A stretch of DNA of 64,000 nucleotides from Promethearchaeota archaeon (lineage in GTDB: Archaea; Asgardarchaeota; Lokiarchaeia; Sigyniarchaeales; SOKP01), in contig JAHPZA010000006.1 of assembly GCA_019058445.1 (NCBI GenBank), forward strand, positions 128,001-192,000. The letters run 5' to 3'. Below, in pieces: positions 11,524-22,169 of the stretch (within the stretch, counting starts at the first letter, position 1; each line of letters begins with the position of its first letter). A program made the translations under genes and the position numbers. The notes under the pieces were generated by a model. The model ran no database searches. It saw nothing but the letters and a program-made list of their open reading frames with translations, and had not been told where the DNA came from.

Positions 11524-12198
11524 ATGTCAGAGTCTAAATTAGACCTAAAAAAAAGAAGGATTAGGGAATTTTTTTCAACATTTAAACCGAAACTTAAACA
11601 CAAAGATCAAGATATTAGCGAAATTCAAAAAGAAGCTTTACAAAAGGGTATGATTTATATCCAAGTACGACTCCCTGTTGAAAAAATCACTAAAGAATTT
11701 GAAGATTCATTAAAAGAGAAAATTGAACAGAGTGTTTTTCAAGCGAATATTCGAATTGCTGATAAAAGTGACCTCAAAAGTGTTATGGAGCTCTATAATA
11801 AAGCATGGCTTACCGCCAATACACCATTCCGCCCGATTGAAATAGATTCTCTAAAGGCAATTTTCAATGATCCCGATACTAGGTTTTTAATTGCTAAAAT
11901 ATATGGGAAAGATTCTGGATTTGTGATCCTTGATTTTGAAGGGGAAAATAAAGAATTTGCGATAATAGCTGCATTAGGAGTTATACCACGATTCCAGCGA
12001 AGAGGACTTGGAACGGTATTAGGAATGGCTGCTTGGAATTATATAAAAGAGAATCATCCAAATGTTAAGGAAATTAGAGCTGAAGTGTATAAAGATAATT
12101 TTAGTTCATCAAATTTTATTAAGTGGATTGGATTTGAAGAATTTGGAAAAAAAGCCTATCGAAAAGAAGATTTCTTAATTGAGGAAGATATTGAATAA
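11524..12198 (+). CDS. GNAT family N-acetyltransferase
   Basis: LGVIPRFQRRGLG acetyl-CoA motif A; N..S..F...GF motif B. Confidence 0.88.
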   Translation: MSESKLDLKKRRIREFFSTFKPKLKHKDQDISEIQKEALQKGMIYIQVRLPVEKITKEFEDSLKEKIEQSVFQANIRIADKSDLKSVMELYNKAWLTANTPFRPIEIDSLKAIFNDPDTRFLIAKIYGKDSGFVILDFEGENKEFAIIAALGVIPRFQRRGLGTVLGMAAWNYIKENHPNVKEIRAEVYKDNFSSSNFIKWIGFEEFGKKAYRKEDFLIEEDIE

Positions 12199-12257
12199 AT
12201 CTTTATCAGTTTTCAAATTATAATTCTATAACAAAATAAACTATTTTTGATACGAAA

Positions 12258-12902
12258 ATGTCAGAAGAAAATAGGCTTAATTTTAAGAGAAAAATGGTAA
12301 GAAGTCTTTTTTTAGCACTTGAAAGAAAACCTAAAGAAGAAACAGAATTCCAAGAGGAAACTAAAGTTATAGGGATGAAATACATCCAGATGAGGTTACC
12401 CGTAGAAAAAATCACCCCTGAATTTGAAGAACAAATAAGAAAAAGAGTAGAGAAAAGTATTCTTCGTGCTAAAATTAGAGTAGCAAAAAAAGAAGATTTA
12501 GAAAGTATATCTCATGTATATAATAGGAGTTGGATGACTTCAAGTACTCCATATAGCCCTATAACAGCAGATTCTTTAAAACAGATCTATGAGTATCCCG
12601 AAACTGAAATATTAATAGCTAATGTATATGGAACTGACGCGGGATTTGTCATACTCGATTTTGAAGGAGCTGATAATGAAATCGGCGTAATCGCGGGTCT
12701 CGGTGTAATTCCACGTTTTCAAGGAAAAGGTCTTGGAACAGTATTGGGAATGGCAAGTTGGGATTATTTTAAAAAGAAAGGAGTAAAAGAACTTATATGT
12801 GAAGTATACATTGAGAATAAAGTATCTTATAACTTCATTAAGTCTTTAGGATTTGAAGATTATGATACTAAAGTTTATGAAAGTGAAGATTTCGTATATT
12901 GA
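12258..12902 (+). CDS. GNAT family N-acetyltransferase (tandem paralog)
   Basis: LGVIPRFQGKGLG; shares GMxYIQxRLPVEKIT and GFVILDFEG with the upstream paralog. Confidence 0.88.
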   Translation: MSEENRLNFKRKMVRSLFLALERKPKEETEFQEETKVIGMKYIQMRLPVEKITPEFEEQIRKRVEKSILRAKIRVAKKEDLESISHVYNRSWMTSSTPYSPITADSLKQIYEYPETEILIANVYGTDAGFVILDFEGADNEIGVIAGLGVIPRFQGKGLGTVLGMASWDYFKKKGVKELICEVYIENKVSYNFIKSLGFEDYDTKVYESEDFVY

Positions 12903-12928
12903 AAAAATAAAAAATAAATTTCAATTCA

Positions 12929-14368
12929 TTAAAAGCTATTGTTACTAGAATCTGTTAAGGAATTAATTTTCTCTGTTAATAATTTTGTTTTATACTCATC
13001 ATTTAAATCCCTATAAAAATCCTTAGCTTTTTGGAAGTATGATAACGCGAGTTCTTTTATCTCTTTATTAGCATAAACATCTCCTAATTCATGAGTTATT
13101 TCTGCGATTTTTTTTACATAATTTAAATCCGTGAAAATATCTAAAGCCTCTTCAAAATATTTAATGGATTCAGAATCATCAATTTTTAGATATAGCTGAG
13201 CTAATTTATATTTTAATTCTGCATAGTTTAAATCATCTCCAAATTTATAATGGATTTCTCCTGCCAAATTATAGTAGTCAATGGATCTTTTATAATCCTC
13301 TTTAGCTTCAAATAACTTTCCGAGATTTTCCAACACGATACTTTCATTAATTTGACTAGTTTCAACCAATCTTATAGATCCAAGACTTTGGAAAAAATAG
13401 TTTTCTGCTTCATTATATTTATTTTCTGAAAGAGATAATTTACCAAGATAAAGAAGGATTTCCCATTCTAATTTTGCCTTATGTTCTGATGTAAAATATG
13501 TTCCGATTTCAATTTTATTAATTATTTCCAAGGCTTCTGATAAAACTTGAAATGAAGGGATATAATTATCTGGTCCTAAAAGGTAATGTAATTTTCCGAT
13601 TTTAGTAAGAGTAATTATGGACCCATAAGGATCTCCTATTTGTTTGAAATAATCTAAATTTCTTCTTAAAATTTTATCAGTTTTATCATAATCTTTTAAT
13701 AAGAATAGGATATCAACTAAATTGCTTGATGTCTTAATTTCTTCCTTAATACTATTTGTTTTTTCTGTTAAAGTTAGTGCTTTATTGTAATATTCAAAAG
13801 AATGCTCTATATCTTTTATCAAATAATATACATTTGCTAAATTATTATATACTTTAATGAGTTTATTAGAATCATTAATTGTATCAAGATATTCTATAGA
13901 TTTCTCAAAATTATAGATACTATTCTCATAAAATCCAAGCTCTTCCTGAATCAATCCGATTTCATTATGAGCAATTGAACAATTTAATAGATCATTATCT
14001 TCAGTGAAAATATTTAAAGCATTTTCCAACGTTTTTAAAGCCAAAGTATAGTCTTTTTTTGAAAATAACAAACCAGATTTTTCAAATAACAAATGGCCTA
14101 CTTGTTCTCCTAGCTTTATTTTATTATCTATTAAGTTATCAATTTTTTGGATATTAAAGTCAATTTCTTTCTCTTGGACCAAATTGAAATCATACAATCT
14201 CTCGTTTGCTTTTAAATCCAAATTTGAATAAGGCTCAACATGAAAATCAGGTATATCAGAATCCAAAAATCTTTGATCTTGTAAGTTAACAATGAGAGGT
14301 TTATTACAATGCTGACAATAAGACCAGTGTTCTTGCAGAGGTTTCTTACAATATGGGCAGTTTTTCAT
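12929..14368 (-). CDS. TPR repeat protein with N-terminal zinc ribbon
   Basis: CPYC..CQHC at the N-terminus followed by many TPR helix pairs. Confidence 0.85.
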   Translation of the reverse strand: MKNCPYCKKPLQEHWSYCQHCNKPLIVNLQDQRFLDSDIPDFHVEPYSNLDLKANERLYDFNLVQEKEIDFNIQKIDNLIDNKIKLGEQVGHLLFEKSGLLFSKKDYTLALKTLENALNIFTEDNDLLNCSIAHNEIGLIQEELGFYENSIYNFEKSIEYLDTINDSNKLIKVYNNLANVYYLIKDIEHSFEYYNKALTLTEKTNSIKEEIKTSSNLVDILFLLKDYDKTDKILRRNLDYFKQIGDPYGSIITLTKIGKLHYLLGPDNYIPSFQVLSEALEIINKIEIGTYFTSEHKAKLEWEILLYLGKLSLSENKYNEAENYFFQSLGSIRLVETSQINESIVLENLGKLFEAKEDYKRSIDYYNLAGEIHYKFGDDLNYAELKYKLAQLYLKIDDSESIKYFEEALDIFTDLNYVKKIAEITHELGDVYANKEIKELALSYFQKAKDFYRDLNDEYKTKLLTEKINSLTDSSNNSF

Positions 14369-14500
14369 AAATACTTTAGATAAAAAACGACTTCATTTAA
14401 TACTTAATATAATAAAACAAGATAATTGCGTTATATAAAATTATTCAAGAGAAAAAATCAAAAGAATACTTTTTAAATTTTGTATGGAGTATATTAAATC

Positions 14501-15433
14501 TTAATGAGATTTGTTATTTCTACTCTTCTCGTAGATTTTTAATTCACTCTCAATGTCTTTTTCAGATAAACCAAGCGAATTTAATAAAACTCGTAATTGT
14601 ATAATTGAATTTTTAGATTTTATCTTTTCAGCTAAACTTAACGCTTTTATATACTCATTTTTAGCTTCTTTAAGTTTTCCTAGGTAAAAAAGGGTCTCAC
14701 CTATATAACTTAAACCTTTTAAAATTAATTCAGTATAATTTGAGTCTATTGCCATATTTGTTCCATTTTTAAAATAATTTATAGCCTCTTCATAGCGAGA
14801 CGACTTTTTCCTCAAAATACCCATATTAAAATAGGAAACGATAATCCCTTTTGCATCCTTGAGTTTTTCAAATGACTCTAAAGATTTCACATATAACTCG
14901 AAAACAACATCCCATTTTTCTTGAATCTCATGTATGTGAATCAAATTACCAATACAGTCTAATAAATTGTATATATCATTATTATCAGAACAAATAGCAC
15001 TACACTCTAAGAATTTATCGCAAGCATCATCAAGGCGATTTAACTTGATTAAATTATTTCCAATCCCTAATAAGCAGGTAATTTGCTCTTGAATTTGGTT
15101 TAATTCCTTATATATCTCATAAGCTTGAGAATAATATAAAATTGACTCTTCATATTTCCCTATTTTAAAGTATAATACACCTAAAACGCCAAGAACAGAT
15201 GCCTGACCTAATCTATCAAGTTGTTTTTTAAAATGTTTTAAACATAGTTGGAAATTTTTTTCAGATTCCTCATATCGCTCAATTTCTAATTGTAAAAAAG
15301 CAATGTCACTTAATTCTTTGATGTATTCAGAACCTTTTGCGATTTTCCCTAAATCTTTTAAATTCTGTAATTTTTCTGTAATTAAATTCTCAATTTCCTC
15401 ACTTGATAATTCATCATTTTCATTAGCGCGAAT
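14501..15433 (-). CDS. TPR repeat protein (310 aa; probable ATT start, longer than the 147-aa ORF-track call)
   Basis: Frame is open from 15442 to 14501 with TPR-like sequence throughout. No in-frame ATG/GTG/TTG occurs before 14944. ATT at 15433-15431 lies 9 nt after AAAGGTGA. Confidence 0.75.
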   Translation of the reverse strand: MRANENDELSSEEIENLITEKLQNLKDLGKIAKGSEYIKELSDIAFLQLEIERYEESEKNFQLCLKHFKKQLDRLGQASVLGVLGVLYFKIGKYEESILYYSQAYEIYKELNQIQEQITCLLGIGNNLIKLNRLDDACDKFLECSAICSDNNDIYNLLDCIGNLIHIHEIQEKWDVVFELYVKSLESFEKLKDAKGIIVSYFNMGILRKKSSRYEEAINYFKNGTNMAIDSNYTELILKGLSYIGETLFYLGKLKEAKNEYIKALSLAEKIKSKNSIIQLRVLLNSLGLSEKDIESELKIYEKSRNNKSH

Positions 15434-15467
15434 AGAAGCATGTCACCTTTTTCAATTTTAAAAATAT

Positions 15468-15968
15468 TTAATGGGTTTTTGGTCTAAGAGGGCATCCATT
15501 TACGGTGCATTTCCTACATCCCAATGTATGAATCAAGAAAGTTGTAATACCTACAATGAAATAAATAATTGCCAATATCACATCTAGCAATACAATTCCT
15601 TCTGAAATGAAATAATATATATACACAGTAAGAGGAAAAAGAAGAGCAAATGCAATAAAAATAACATCAAGCCAAAATCTCCAGATTTTTATTTCGGTAA
15701 AATCTTTTTTATCCGACCGTTTATATAGTTTACTTCCAATAAGTCCCATACACCATGTTGGACATGGTTTTCCCAAAAAGTCACAATGTCTACAAACCAA
15801 TGCCCTACCAACAAAAATTACAATAGCCCACAAAACCCAATATCCAATAACTAAGAACCATGATTTCAATAATAATATAAATGTTGCAAATCCCATCGAG
15901 ATGATGATTGCGATTAAATTTCCACATATTTCTCCTGTCGTCCAAGGAGTTTTCTTTGTTTCTGTCAT
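15468..15968 (-). CDS. 4-TM membrane protein with Cys clusters (CxxC..CP, CxxC..CP)
   Basis: Hydrophobic helices; CRHC..PCP and CRKC..GCP; ATG after GAGGAG. Confidence 0.7.
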   Translation of the reverse strand: MTETKKTPWTTGEICGNLIAIIISMGFATFILLLKSWFLVIGYWVLWAIVIFVGRALVCRHCDFLGKPCPTWCMGLIGSKLYKRSDKKDFTEIKIWRFWLDVIFIAFALLFPLTVYIYYFISEGIVLLDVILAIIYFIVGITTFLIHTLGCRKCTVNGCPLRPKTH

Positions 15969-15992
15969 ATTTAATAATTCTCCTCTCATTAT

Positions 15993-16439
15993 TTATACAT
16001 TATTTTGTAATAGTTCTTCAAGAATCTCGGCTGAATCTTGAACTAAATTCGGACAGATCTCAATGAAGAGCTTTTCCTCAACAGCTTTATTTCTTCCTTC
16101 GGAGGTGCTTATATCGCAATTTAACAATTTCTTACATTTAATCGTACCATTTCGGGATTTAAATCTGCTGGTAAACTCTTTAACAACTTGGTAAGCTTTT
16201 TCTTTCTTTTTACTTTCACTCGCTTTTGAATTCCCATATTTTAATCCTAAGACCATAAAAGCACCTGTTACTGCTCCACATGTATTGCCTAAACTACCCA
16301 TACCAGCCCCAAAAGGAGAAGCCAACTTTAAAGCGAGTTCACGCTCTAAACCAAATTGTTGACCATACGTCGATAAGATTGCTTGCGAACATCTAAATCC
16401 CTTCAAAAATAAAGAAACAGCTTTTTCAACTTCACTCAT
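15993..16439 (-). CDS. C-GCAxxG-C-C family putative redox protein
   Basis: FxCSQA, FGAGMG..TCGAVTG, C..LL and C..LV motifs. Confidence 0.9.
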   Translation of the reverse strand: MSEVEKAVSLFLKGFRCSQAILSTYGQQFGLERELALKLASPFGAGMGSLGNTCGAVTGAFMVLGLKYGNSKASESKKKEKAYQVVKEFTSRFKSRNGTIKCKKLLNCDISTSEGRNKAVEEKLFIEICPNLVQDSAEILEELLQNNV

Positions 16440-16539
16440 TTAAAAATTCCACTTTTATACTCTCTTTTATTATAGCCAATTATAAAAATTATAAAAATGC
16501 CTTTCTATTATATATTTAGGAATAAAAATAAAGATATGA

Positions 16540-17667
16540 GTGTGCGAAGAAACTTTGAAATTTAAAGCAAAACTATGGAATAAGCTTGATGGCAACAAAG
16601 TGAAATGTCATGTATGTGCAAATGAGTGTACAATTTTACCTGAAAAGATTGGGATTTGTAGAACACGTAAAAACTTCGATGGTGAACTGTTTACCTTAAT
16701 CTATGGATCAATGATTTCATCGGGAAGTTTAGATCCAATAGAAAAAAAACCGCTTTATAATTTTTGGCCGGGGGCAATTGCATATTCTATTGCGTCAATA
16801 GGTTGCTCTTTCCGATGCCAAAATTGCCAAAACTGGTCGATCAGTCAAGCAAATCCAAGTGATAATGGGAAAAATGGGTCATATGATCTTGAGGGTTATA
16901 AGGGGCGAGGTATGTCTTTAGTAGAAATGAGTCCGGAACAATTGGTGAAAAAAGTTGTAAAAAGCGGCGCTAAGACTTTAGCATATACATATAATGAACC
17001 ATTAATTTGGCACGAATGGATATTAGATACGACTGAGCTTCTCAAAAAGGAAGATATCAAAACAATCTTAGTTACTAATGGTTATTCTACTCCTGAAGCT
17101 TCAAAAGAACTAATAGAAGCGGGAATAGATGCTGCGAATATAGATATTAAAGCTATGAGTGATGATTTTTATAAAAAAATTTGCGGTGTAAAATCAGTCC
17201 AACCTGTTTTAGACTCAGCTAAGCGGTTTAAGACTAATGGAATTCATGTGGAGATAACAAATTTAGTTATTCCTGATTGGAACGACAGCCGAGAAGATAT
17301 TGAGAAGCTGTGTCAATGGATTGTTAAAAATTTAGGAGAAAATACTCCAACCCACTTTTCAGCATATCATCCAGACTTTAAAGCCCCTTCTAATAAGAGG
17401 ACACCTTATCAAACTTTAGATATGGCCTATGATATCGCAAAAAAAGCAGGTTTGTATTTTCCTTATGTGGGTAATATTAGACATGATGAGGGTAGCAATA
17501 CTTATTGTCCAAATTGTAAGCATTTAATTTTTGGGAGGCATGGATATAGTTTTACAAAAATTGATATAACGGATGAGAATAAGTGTCCGAATTGTGGGTA
17601 TGACTTAAGTACCGACATCATTGGAGTAGTAAATAAAAATCCTTCGCATAGATTTGCATATTTCTAA
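16540..17667 (+). CDS. amrS: AmmeMemoRadiSam system radical SAM enzyme (PflA-like)
   Basis: CxxCxxxC..GICxxR, DPIEKKPLY, GCSFRCQNCQNW, AYTYNEP and TYCPNC motifs. Confidence 0.9.
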   Translation: MCEETLKFKAKLWNKLDGNKVKCHVCANECTILPEKIGICRTRKNFDGELFTLIYGSMISSGSLDPIEKKPLYNFWPGAIAYSIASIGCSFRCQNCQNWSISQANPSDNGKNGSYDLEGYKGRGMSLVEMSPEQLVKKVVKSGAKTLAYTYNEPLIWHEWILDTTELLKKEDIKTILVTNGYSTPEASKELIEAGIDAANIDIKAMSDDFYKKICGVKSVQPVLDSAKRFKTNGIHVEITNLVIPDWNDSREDIEKLCQWIVKNLGENTPTHFSAYHPDFKAPSNKRTPYQTLDMAYDIAKKAGLYFPYVGNIRHDEGSNTYCPNCKHLIFGRHGYSFTKIDITDENKCPNCGYDLSTDIIGVVNKNPSHRFAYF

Positions 17668-17690
17668 AAAAAAGAAAAAAAAAAATATGT

Positions 17691-18338
17691 TTAAGCTAGG
17701 GAAGTACCTAAAACTAATAACATAAAAGCTTGGATAAAGCTAATTATTGCTACTATAAATGCTATAGGTGCCCAGGATATAAATTTTGATACTGCCATTA
17801 ATCCTGCCGTATAAAATTTAACAGTTCCAGCAACGACAATAAAGATAATAATGAAAACCGCTATTAGTACATACTTAGGATTCACCACTTGTTCTATTAA
17901 TTCAACAGCAGAATCCGGAATCAAAAATGCAATCGCTAGTGTAACAGCAGTCGCAACTAAAAGGCCTGCTATACTTGAAATAGGTAAATCATTTAAAGGT
18001 TTCATAAAAGCAAAAAATCCAAATATGATAAGAAATACTGAAGTAAACACATTTCTCTCATCACCCGTAGTTGCGCCGTAAGCAATACTGGGAGCTACAT
18101 TAAGAATTAATCCAACTGCTCCAGCTGCAATGCACAAAATACCAACGATAAATCCATAATACGTCATTAAGCGTAAAATTTTAGTTATGTCGAAATTCCA
18201 GTCTTCTACACCGGTGAGTTGGCGCCACGATTGTCTTCTATTAGCTTCATACGAAGCATTAATGAACCACATAATTCCTAATAATAACATAAAAAAACCG
18301 GCATAACCTGCAAATGAGGTTAATTCTTCTACAACCAA
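17691..18338 (-). CDS. multi-pass membrane protein
   Basis: About six hydrophobic helices; TTG start after GAGTGA. Confidence 0.7.
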   Translation of the reverse strand: MVVEELTSFAGYAGFFMLLLGIMWFINASYEANRRQSWRQLTGVEDWNFDITKILRLMTYYGFIVGILCIAAGAVGLILNVAPSIAYGATTGDERNVFTSVFLIIFGFFAFMKPLNDLPISSIAGLLVATAVTLAIAFLIPDSAVELIEQVVNPKYVLIAVFIIIFIVVAGTVKFYTAGLMAVSKFISWAPIAFIVAIISFIQAFMLLVLGTSLA

Positions 18339-18455
18339 TTGAATTCACTCTATATTTTAGAATTAAAGTATTTAATTTTATAATACGAATTTTATATTAA
18401 AAAATATAATTCTTTAGTAGTCCAATTAATATAAAAAATTAAGTAAAAAAAGTTA

Positions 18456-20135
18456 TTAAATAAAAGCTACTGTTTTTTTCACATAGTCCATATAATTTTC
18501 AATTTCACTTATCTTTTTCTCTTCTGACCATGAATACTCTTTTGCCATGATTTCAGCAACCTTCTCGGCAGCCTCGCGTGCTTTACCGTGTCTTATCCAT
18601 AGCGCCATTTCCGTGCGACGGCAAAATACATCAATTAAACAGGGAGTCATCTCATATCTTAAAATATAAAGAATTTCTGCCTTGGTGAAGTCATTTTCAT
18701 TCAGAATTCTTTCTTTAAGGTTTTCATCTTCTTTAATCATTTCAAGAATTTTAATTGCTCCCTTGCCGTATTGTTGGTAAATATGATCAACAATATCATC
18801 ATCGAGCTTAACTCTAGATTTATTATATTCCTTAAGCCAATCTTCTTTCTCCAAACCAATGATAAATTTTTGTTTCGAGAAATTCTTTTCTCTTTCTATA
18901 TCCGGAAAAATATTTTTTTCTTCAACATGTCTGAATAAGTCTTCTGCCATGGCCCGCCATGCTGTTAATTTTCCACCAGATATGGTAAGTAGACCATCAT
19001 CAGAGAAGAAAATTATATGTTTCCGGGAAACTTCGCTTTCTGATTTTCCTTTTTGCATGACTAGAGGTCTAATACCGGCATATGTTGAAAGAATCTTATC
19101 ATATTCTAATTCAGCAGCGGGTAAATGATACTTAACTGATTCTATTAAATAATCTGCATCCTCTTTAGTACAGAAAGGATTTTCTAAATCTCCTTTATAG
19201 TCTGTATCTGTGGTCCCTAGAATAGTATATTCACCACGGGGTATCACAAAAAAGAATCTATTATCGCTAATGGAACGTAAAGCTAAAGCATTATTGTGCT
19301 TCACATGTTCGCGTTTAAATTGAAGATGAACACCTTTAGTAGGTCGAATTAATGGATCTGGGATATCATCAGGATAGGTTTTAACCAGCTTGTCTGTCCA
19401 AATACCTGTTGCATTTACAATTAAAGTACCCTTTATTTCAAAATCAGTATCGTTTATCAAATCCTTACATTTTACCCCATTAATTTTTCCATTATCCATA
19501 CGATAGTCTTTAACTTCACAATAATTTACAGCATCAGCATTTCTAATTATTGCCTCTTTTAATGTCTCAATAGTTAATCTTGCATCATCAAGATTGGTGT
19601 CATAATAAAGTATGCCTCCTTCATTCCCCTCTCTTACAAATTCAGGTTCTAAATCGAAAACTTCCTCCGGCTTATACCATTTATGTTTCTTATATATTTT
19701 AAATTCAGTATCTTTATTTCCTAAAAAATCGTAAATTTTACCGGCGCTTACTATATCTCGTTTTTTGTACTTTCCTCCTTTAAAAACTACAAGCAAGAAA
19801 GGTAATGGTCTAATTAAATGTGGAATGTGTACAACCATCCAATTTCTTTCCGTAGTAGATTCGTGCACTAAATCCATATCTCCATGTCCCAGATATCGAA
19901 TTCCTCCATGACCTAATTTTGAACTCCTTGATGAAGTTCCAGCCGCAAAATCTTGCATATCAATAACAGCAACTTTTAAACCCCTCATCGCTGCTTCTCT
20001 GGCTACTCCGACACCTGTAATCCCCGCTCCGATTACTATAAGATCATAGCTATTTTCTTTTAATCTCTTAATTATTAGATCTCTATTTTTATAATTCCAA
20101 GATTGATCAAATAATTTGACTTCTAGTTCATTCAT
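18456..20135 (-). CDS. glpD: FAD-dependent glycerol-3-phosphate dehydrogenase/oxidase
   Basis: IGAGITG, DFAAGTSSRSSKLxHGGIRYL, DDARL, GTTDTDY, YAGIRPL and GGKLT motifs. Confidence 0.92.
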   Translation of the reverse strand: MNELEVKLFDQSWNYKNRDLIIKRLKENSYDLIVIGAGITGVGVAREAAMRGLKVAVIDMQDFAAGTSSRSSKLGHGGIRYLGHGDMDLVHESTTERNWMVVHIPHLIRPLPFLLVVFKGGKYKKRDIVSAGKIYDFLGNKDTEFKIYKKHKWYKPEEVFDLEPEFVREGNEGGILYYDTNLDDARLTIETLKEAIIRNADAVNYCEVKDYRMDNGKINGVKCKDLINDTDFEIKGTLIVNATGIWTDKLVKTYPDDIPDPLIRPTKGVHLQFKREHVKHNNALALRSISDNRFFFVIPRGEYTILGTTDTDYKGDLENPFCTKEDADYLIESVKYHLPAAELEYDKILSTYAGIRPLVMQKGKSESEVSRKHIIFFSDDGLLTISGGKLTAWRAMAEDLFRHVEEKNIFPDIEREKNFSKQKFIIGLEKEDWLKEYNKSRVKLDDDIVDHIYQQYGKGAIKILEMIKEDENLKERILNENDFTKAEILYILRYEMTPCLIDVFCRRTEMALWIRHGKAREAAEKVAEIMAKEYSWSEEKKISEIENYMDYVKKTVAFI

Positions 20136-20246
20136 TTTTATCACACTTTTTAAAATAATTTAACATAATTAAGATTTCTAATTTTATACTATTAGAAAAT
20201 ATTTATTTTTCAATACTTTGACTAAAATTAATCAAAGTTATTTACC

Positions 20247-22043
20247 CTATTTTAAAAGTTTCTTGACTCCCTTTAGTGTTTCTTCTGCTTCAAATAAACT
20301 TATCTTATCGCCTGTATCTTTCAGGATTTCAATAGCTTCTCTTAGGCTTGTGATTGCTTTACCTACATCATTCATATCTGCATATGTTTTACCTAATTCA
20401 ATTAAGATTTTTCCCATCTTGATTCGATCACTGAGTTTTTGAACTATTTGATAAGCATTTCTATAATTTTCAAGTGCTTCGGGGAATTTTTTTTGACCTT
20501 TATAAGTATCTCCGATATTAGTTAATCTAATAACATGTCCAGCCAAATTTCCCGATTTTTTGTCGTATTTTAGTGCCTCCTTTAATTTTTCAACTGCTTT
20601 TTCATAATCTTCCTGTTTGAGATAAACCAATCCCATATTATTAAGGCGAGCGGCCATTCCGTAATAATCTCCTCTTCCTTGAGCAATCTTAAAAGCTTCT
20701 TCAAAAGATTTCATTGCTTCATCATAATTTCCCTTTTCAAGCTGGATTAATCCGATATTATTAATCCTGCTTCCTTGAAGCTGTTGATTGCCCATCTCTT
20801 TATTGATTTCTAGTGCTTTTTCAAAAAAAGTTAATGCATCATCAAATGCCTTTTCGTTAAAATGATAAACGCCTAAAAGATTTTGAAATTCTGCTTCCAT
20901 TTTCTTTGATTTTATCTCTTGGGCAATATTTAATCCTTTTTGAGAACATCGGTAAAAATCATCTTTAAATCCTAACTCCAAATAAATATCAGCGGTACAT
21001 TTCCATTTAAGAACTTCGGGAACATTAGGAAATTTTTCATTTATCCAATCCTGGAAGTGAGGGACTTTGGAGGTTTTAGATTTATCTATCTTCGGTATTT
21101 TTTCTTTATCAAAAAGTAATGTCCATAATTTTTCTTCAATATAGTTATCTGTATTGGCTTTTATCATAATAACTTGGGCTTCTGTATTAGAAGAAATTTC
21201 AGCAAGTAACCTTTCCGTTCGAGATAATCCCTTTGGAATAACAAAAGCAGCTTTAGGATCAAACTCATACATTTCAATGCTACCTTTTTTATGATGATCA
21301 ATCCATATTAAGCTCTTTATATCAAATAAGGTTCTTAGTACAGGAGCAATATCGAAGTCATCGCTCCCCGAATATCCCATTATGATTACTGTTTTATTTT
21401 TGGTTATTTCCTTAAACGATTTTTTCTTGTAGGATTCTAAGGATAGGACTACATCTCCTTTACCAAATGCGCTCATTGTTGTTACTAAGGAATCAGTGGT
21501 TTTAATCTTTGTAATAATGTTCTTCTTCGCACCATGAAGTTTATAGATTGGAAATTTGCCTGCAGAAAAAACTTCATCTGGATTTTGATTATTTGTAAAA
21601 TCAAATTTGGTTATGACAGGTAAAATCTGTGATTTTTTATCCTCAGGAAGTACTTTTTGTAATGCATATTCTATCAGATAATCGAAATTAGTTGTATAAA
21701 CAGCATGACCTTTTGCAATTGATTGCGCTAAAAAAAAATGAATGAGATTTGGTTCTGTTCCAAATTCAAAATAATCCATAAATTCTAAACCATAATCGAT
21801 ATAGCGTTGGATTAATTCAACAATCATTTCATATCGAAGAGTCTTTAATGTTAATAAATTTGGGATTTCTTCTTTAGGGGCGCAAAGTTCTAATAGATAT
21901 TGAATGAATTGCGGTGCGGGGAGTAGATTTGCGGGAGGGTCAATCGATATACCTGCTCCAACCATAAAAATATACCGATTCTTGGAAGAAATTAAGTTTT
22001 CAACCGATCCTTCATATGGTTTAATAAGTTTTTTTTCACTCAT
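20247..22043 (-). CDS. SIR2-like domain protein with C-terminal TPR repeats
   Basis: GAGIS, TTNFD, KLHG and MGYSGSDDFD SIR2_2 motifs followed by about 6 TPRs. Confidence 0.88.
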   Translation of the reverse strand: MSEKKLIKPYEGSVENLISSKNRYIFMVGAGISIDPPANLLPAPQFIQYLLELCAPKEEIPNLLTLKTLRYEMIVELIQRYIDYGLEFMDYFEFGTEPNLIHFFLAQSIAKGHAVYTTNFDYLIEYALQKVLPEDKKSQILPVITKFDFTNNQNPDEVFSAGKFPIYKLHGAKKNIITKIKTTDSLVTTMSAFGKGDVVLSLESYKKKSFKEITKNKTVIIMGYSGSDDFDIAPVLRTLFDIKSLIWIDHHKKGSIEMYEFDPKAAFVIPKGLSRTERLLAEISSNTEAQVIMIKANTDNYIEEKLWTLLFDKEKIPKIDKSKTSKVPHFQDWINEKFPNVPEVLKWKCTADIYLELGFKDDFYRCSQKGLNIAQEIKSKKMEAEFQNLLGVYHFNEKAFDDALTFFEKALEINKEMGNQQLQGSRINNIGLIQLEKGNYDEAMKSFEEAFKIAQGRGDYYGMAARLNNMGLVYLKQEDYEKAVEKLKEALKYDKKSGNLAGHVIRLTNIGDTYKGQKKFPEALENYRNAYQIVQKLSDRIKMGKILIELGKTYADMNDVGKAITSLREAIEILKDTGDKISLFEAEETLKGVKKLLK

Positions 22044-22169
22044 AACTAAATGGACTTTTATAATTTAATTAAATTAAAGATATTTCGCACTCTCTTATAA
22101 AGTTTTATTCTCAGAAGATAAAAATGAAATCCTATTTTAAATTCACTACTGATTTTCAATGATTTTTTG

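Noticed and set aside
15380-15442. BHB intron linking the out-of-frame ATG to the TPR frame
   Set aside because: Candidate 4-bp helices lacked flanking helices; an ATT start or a 1-nt indel is simpler.
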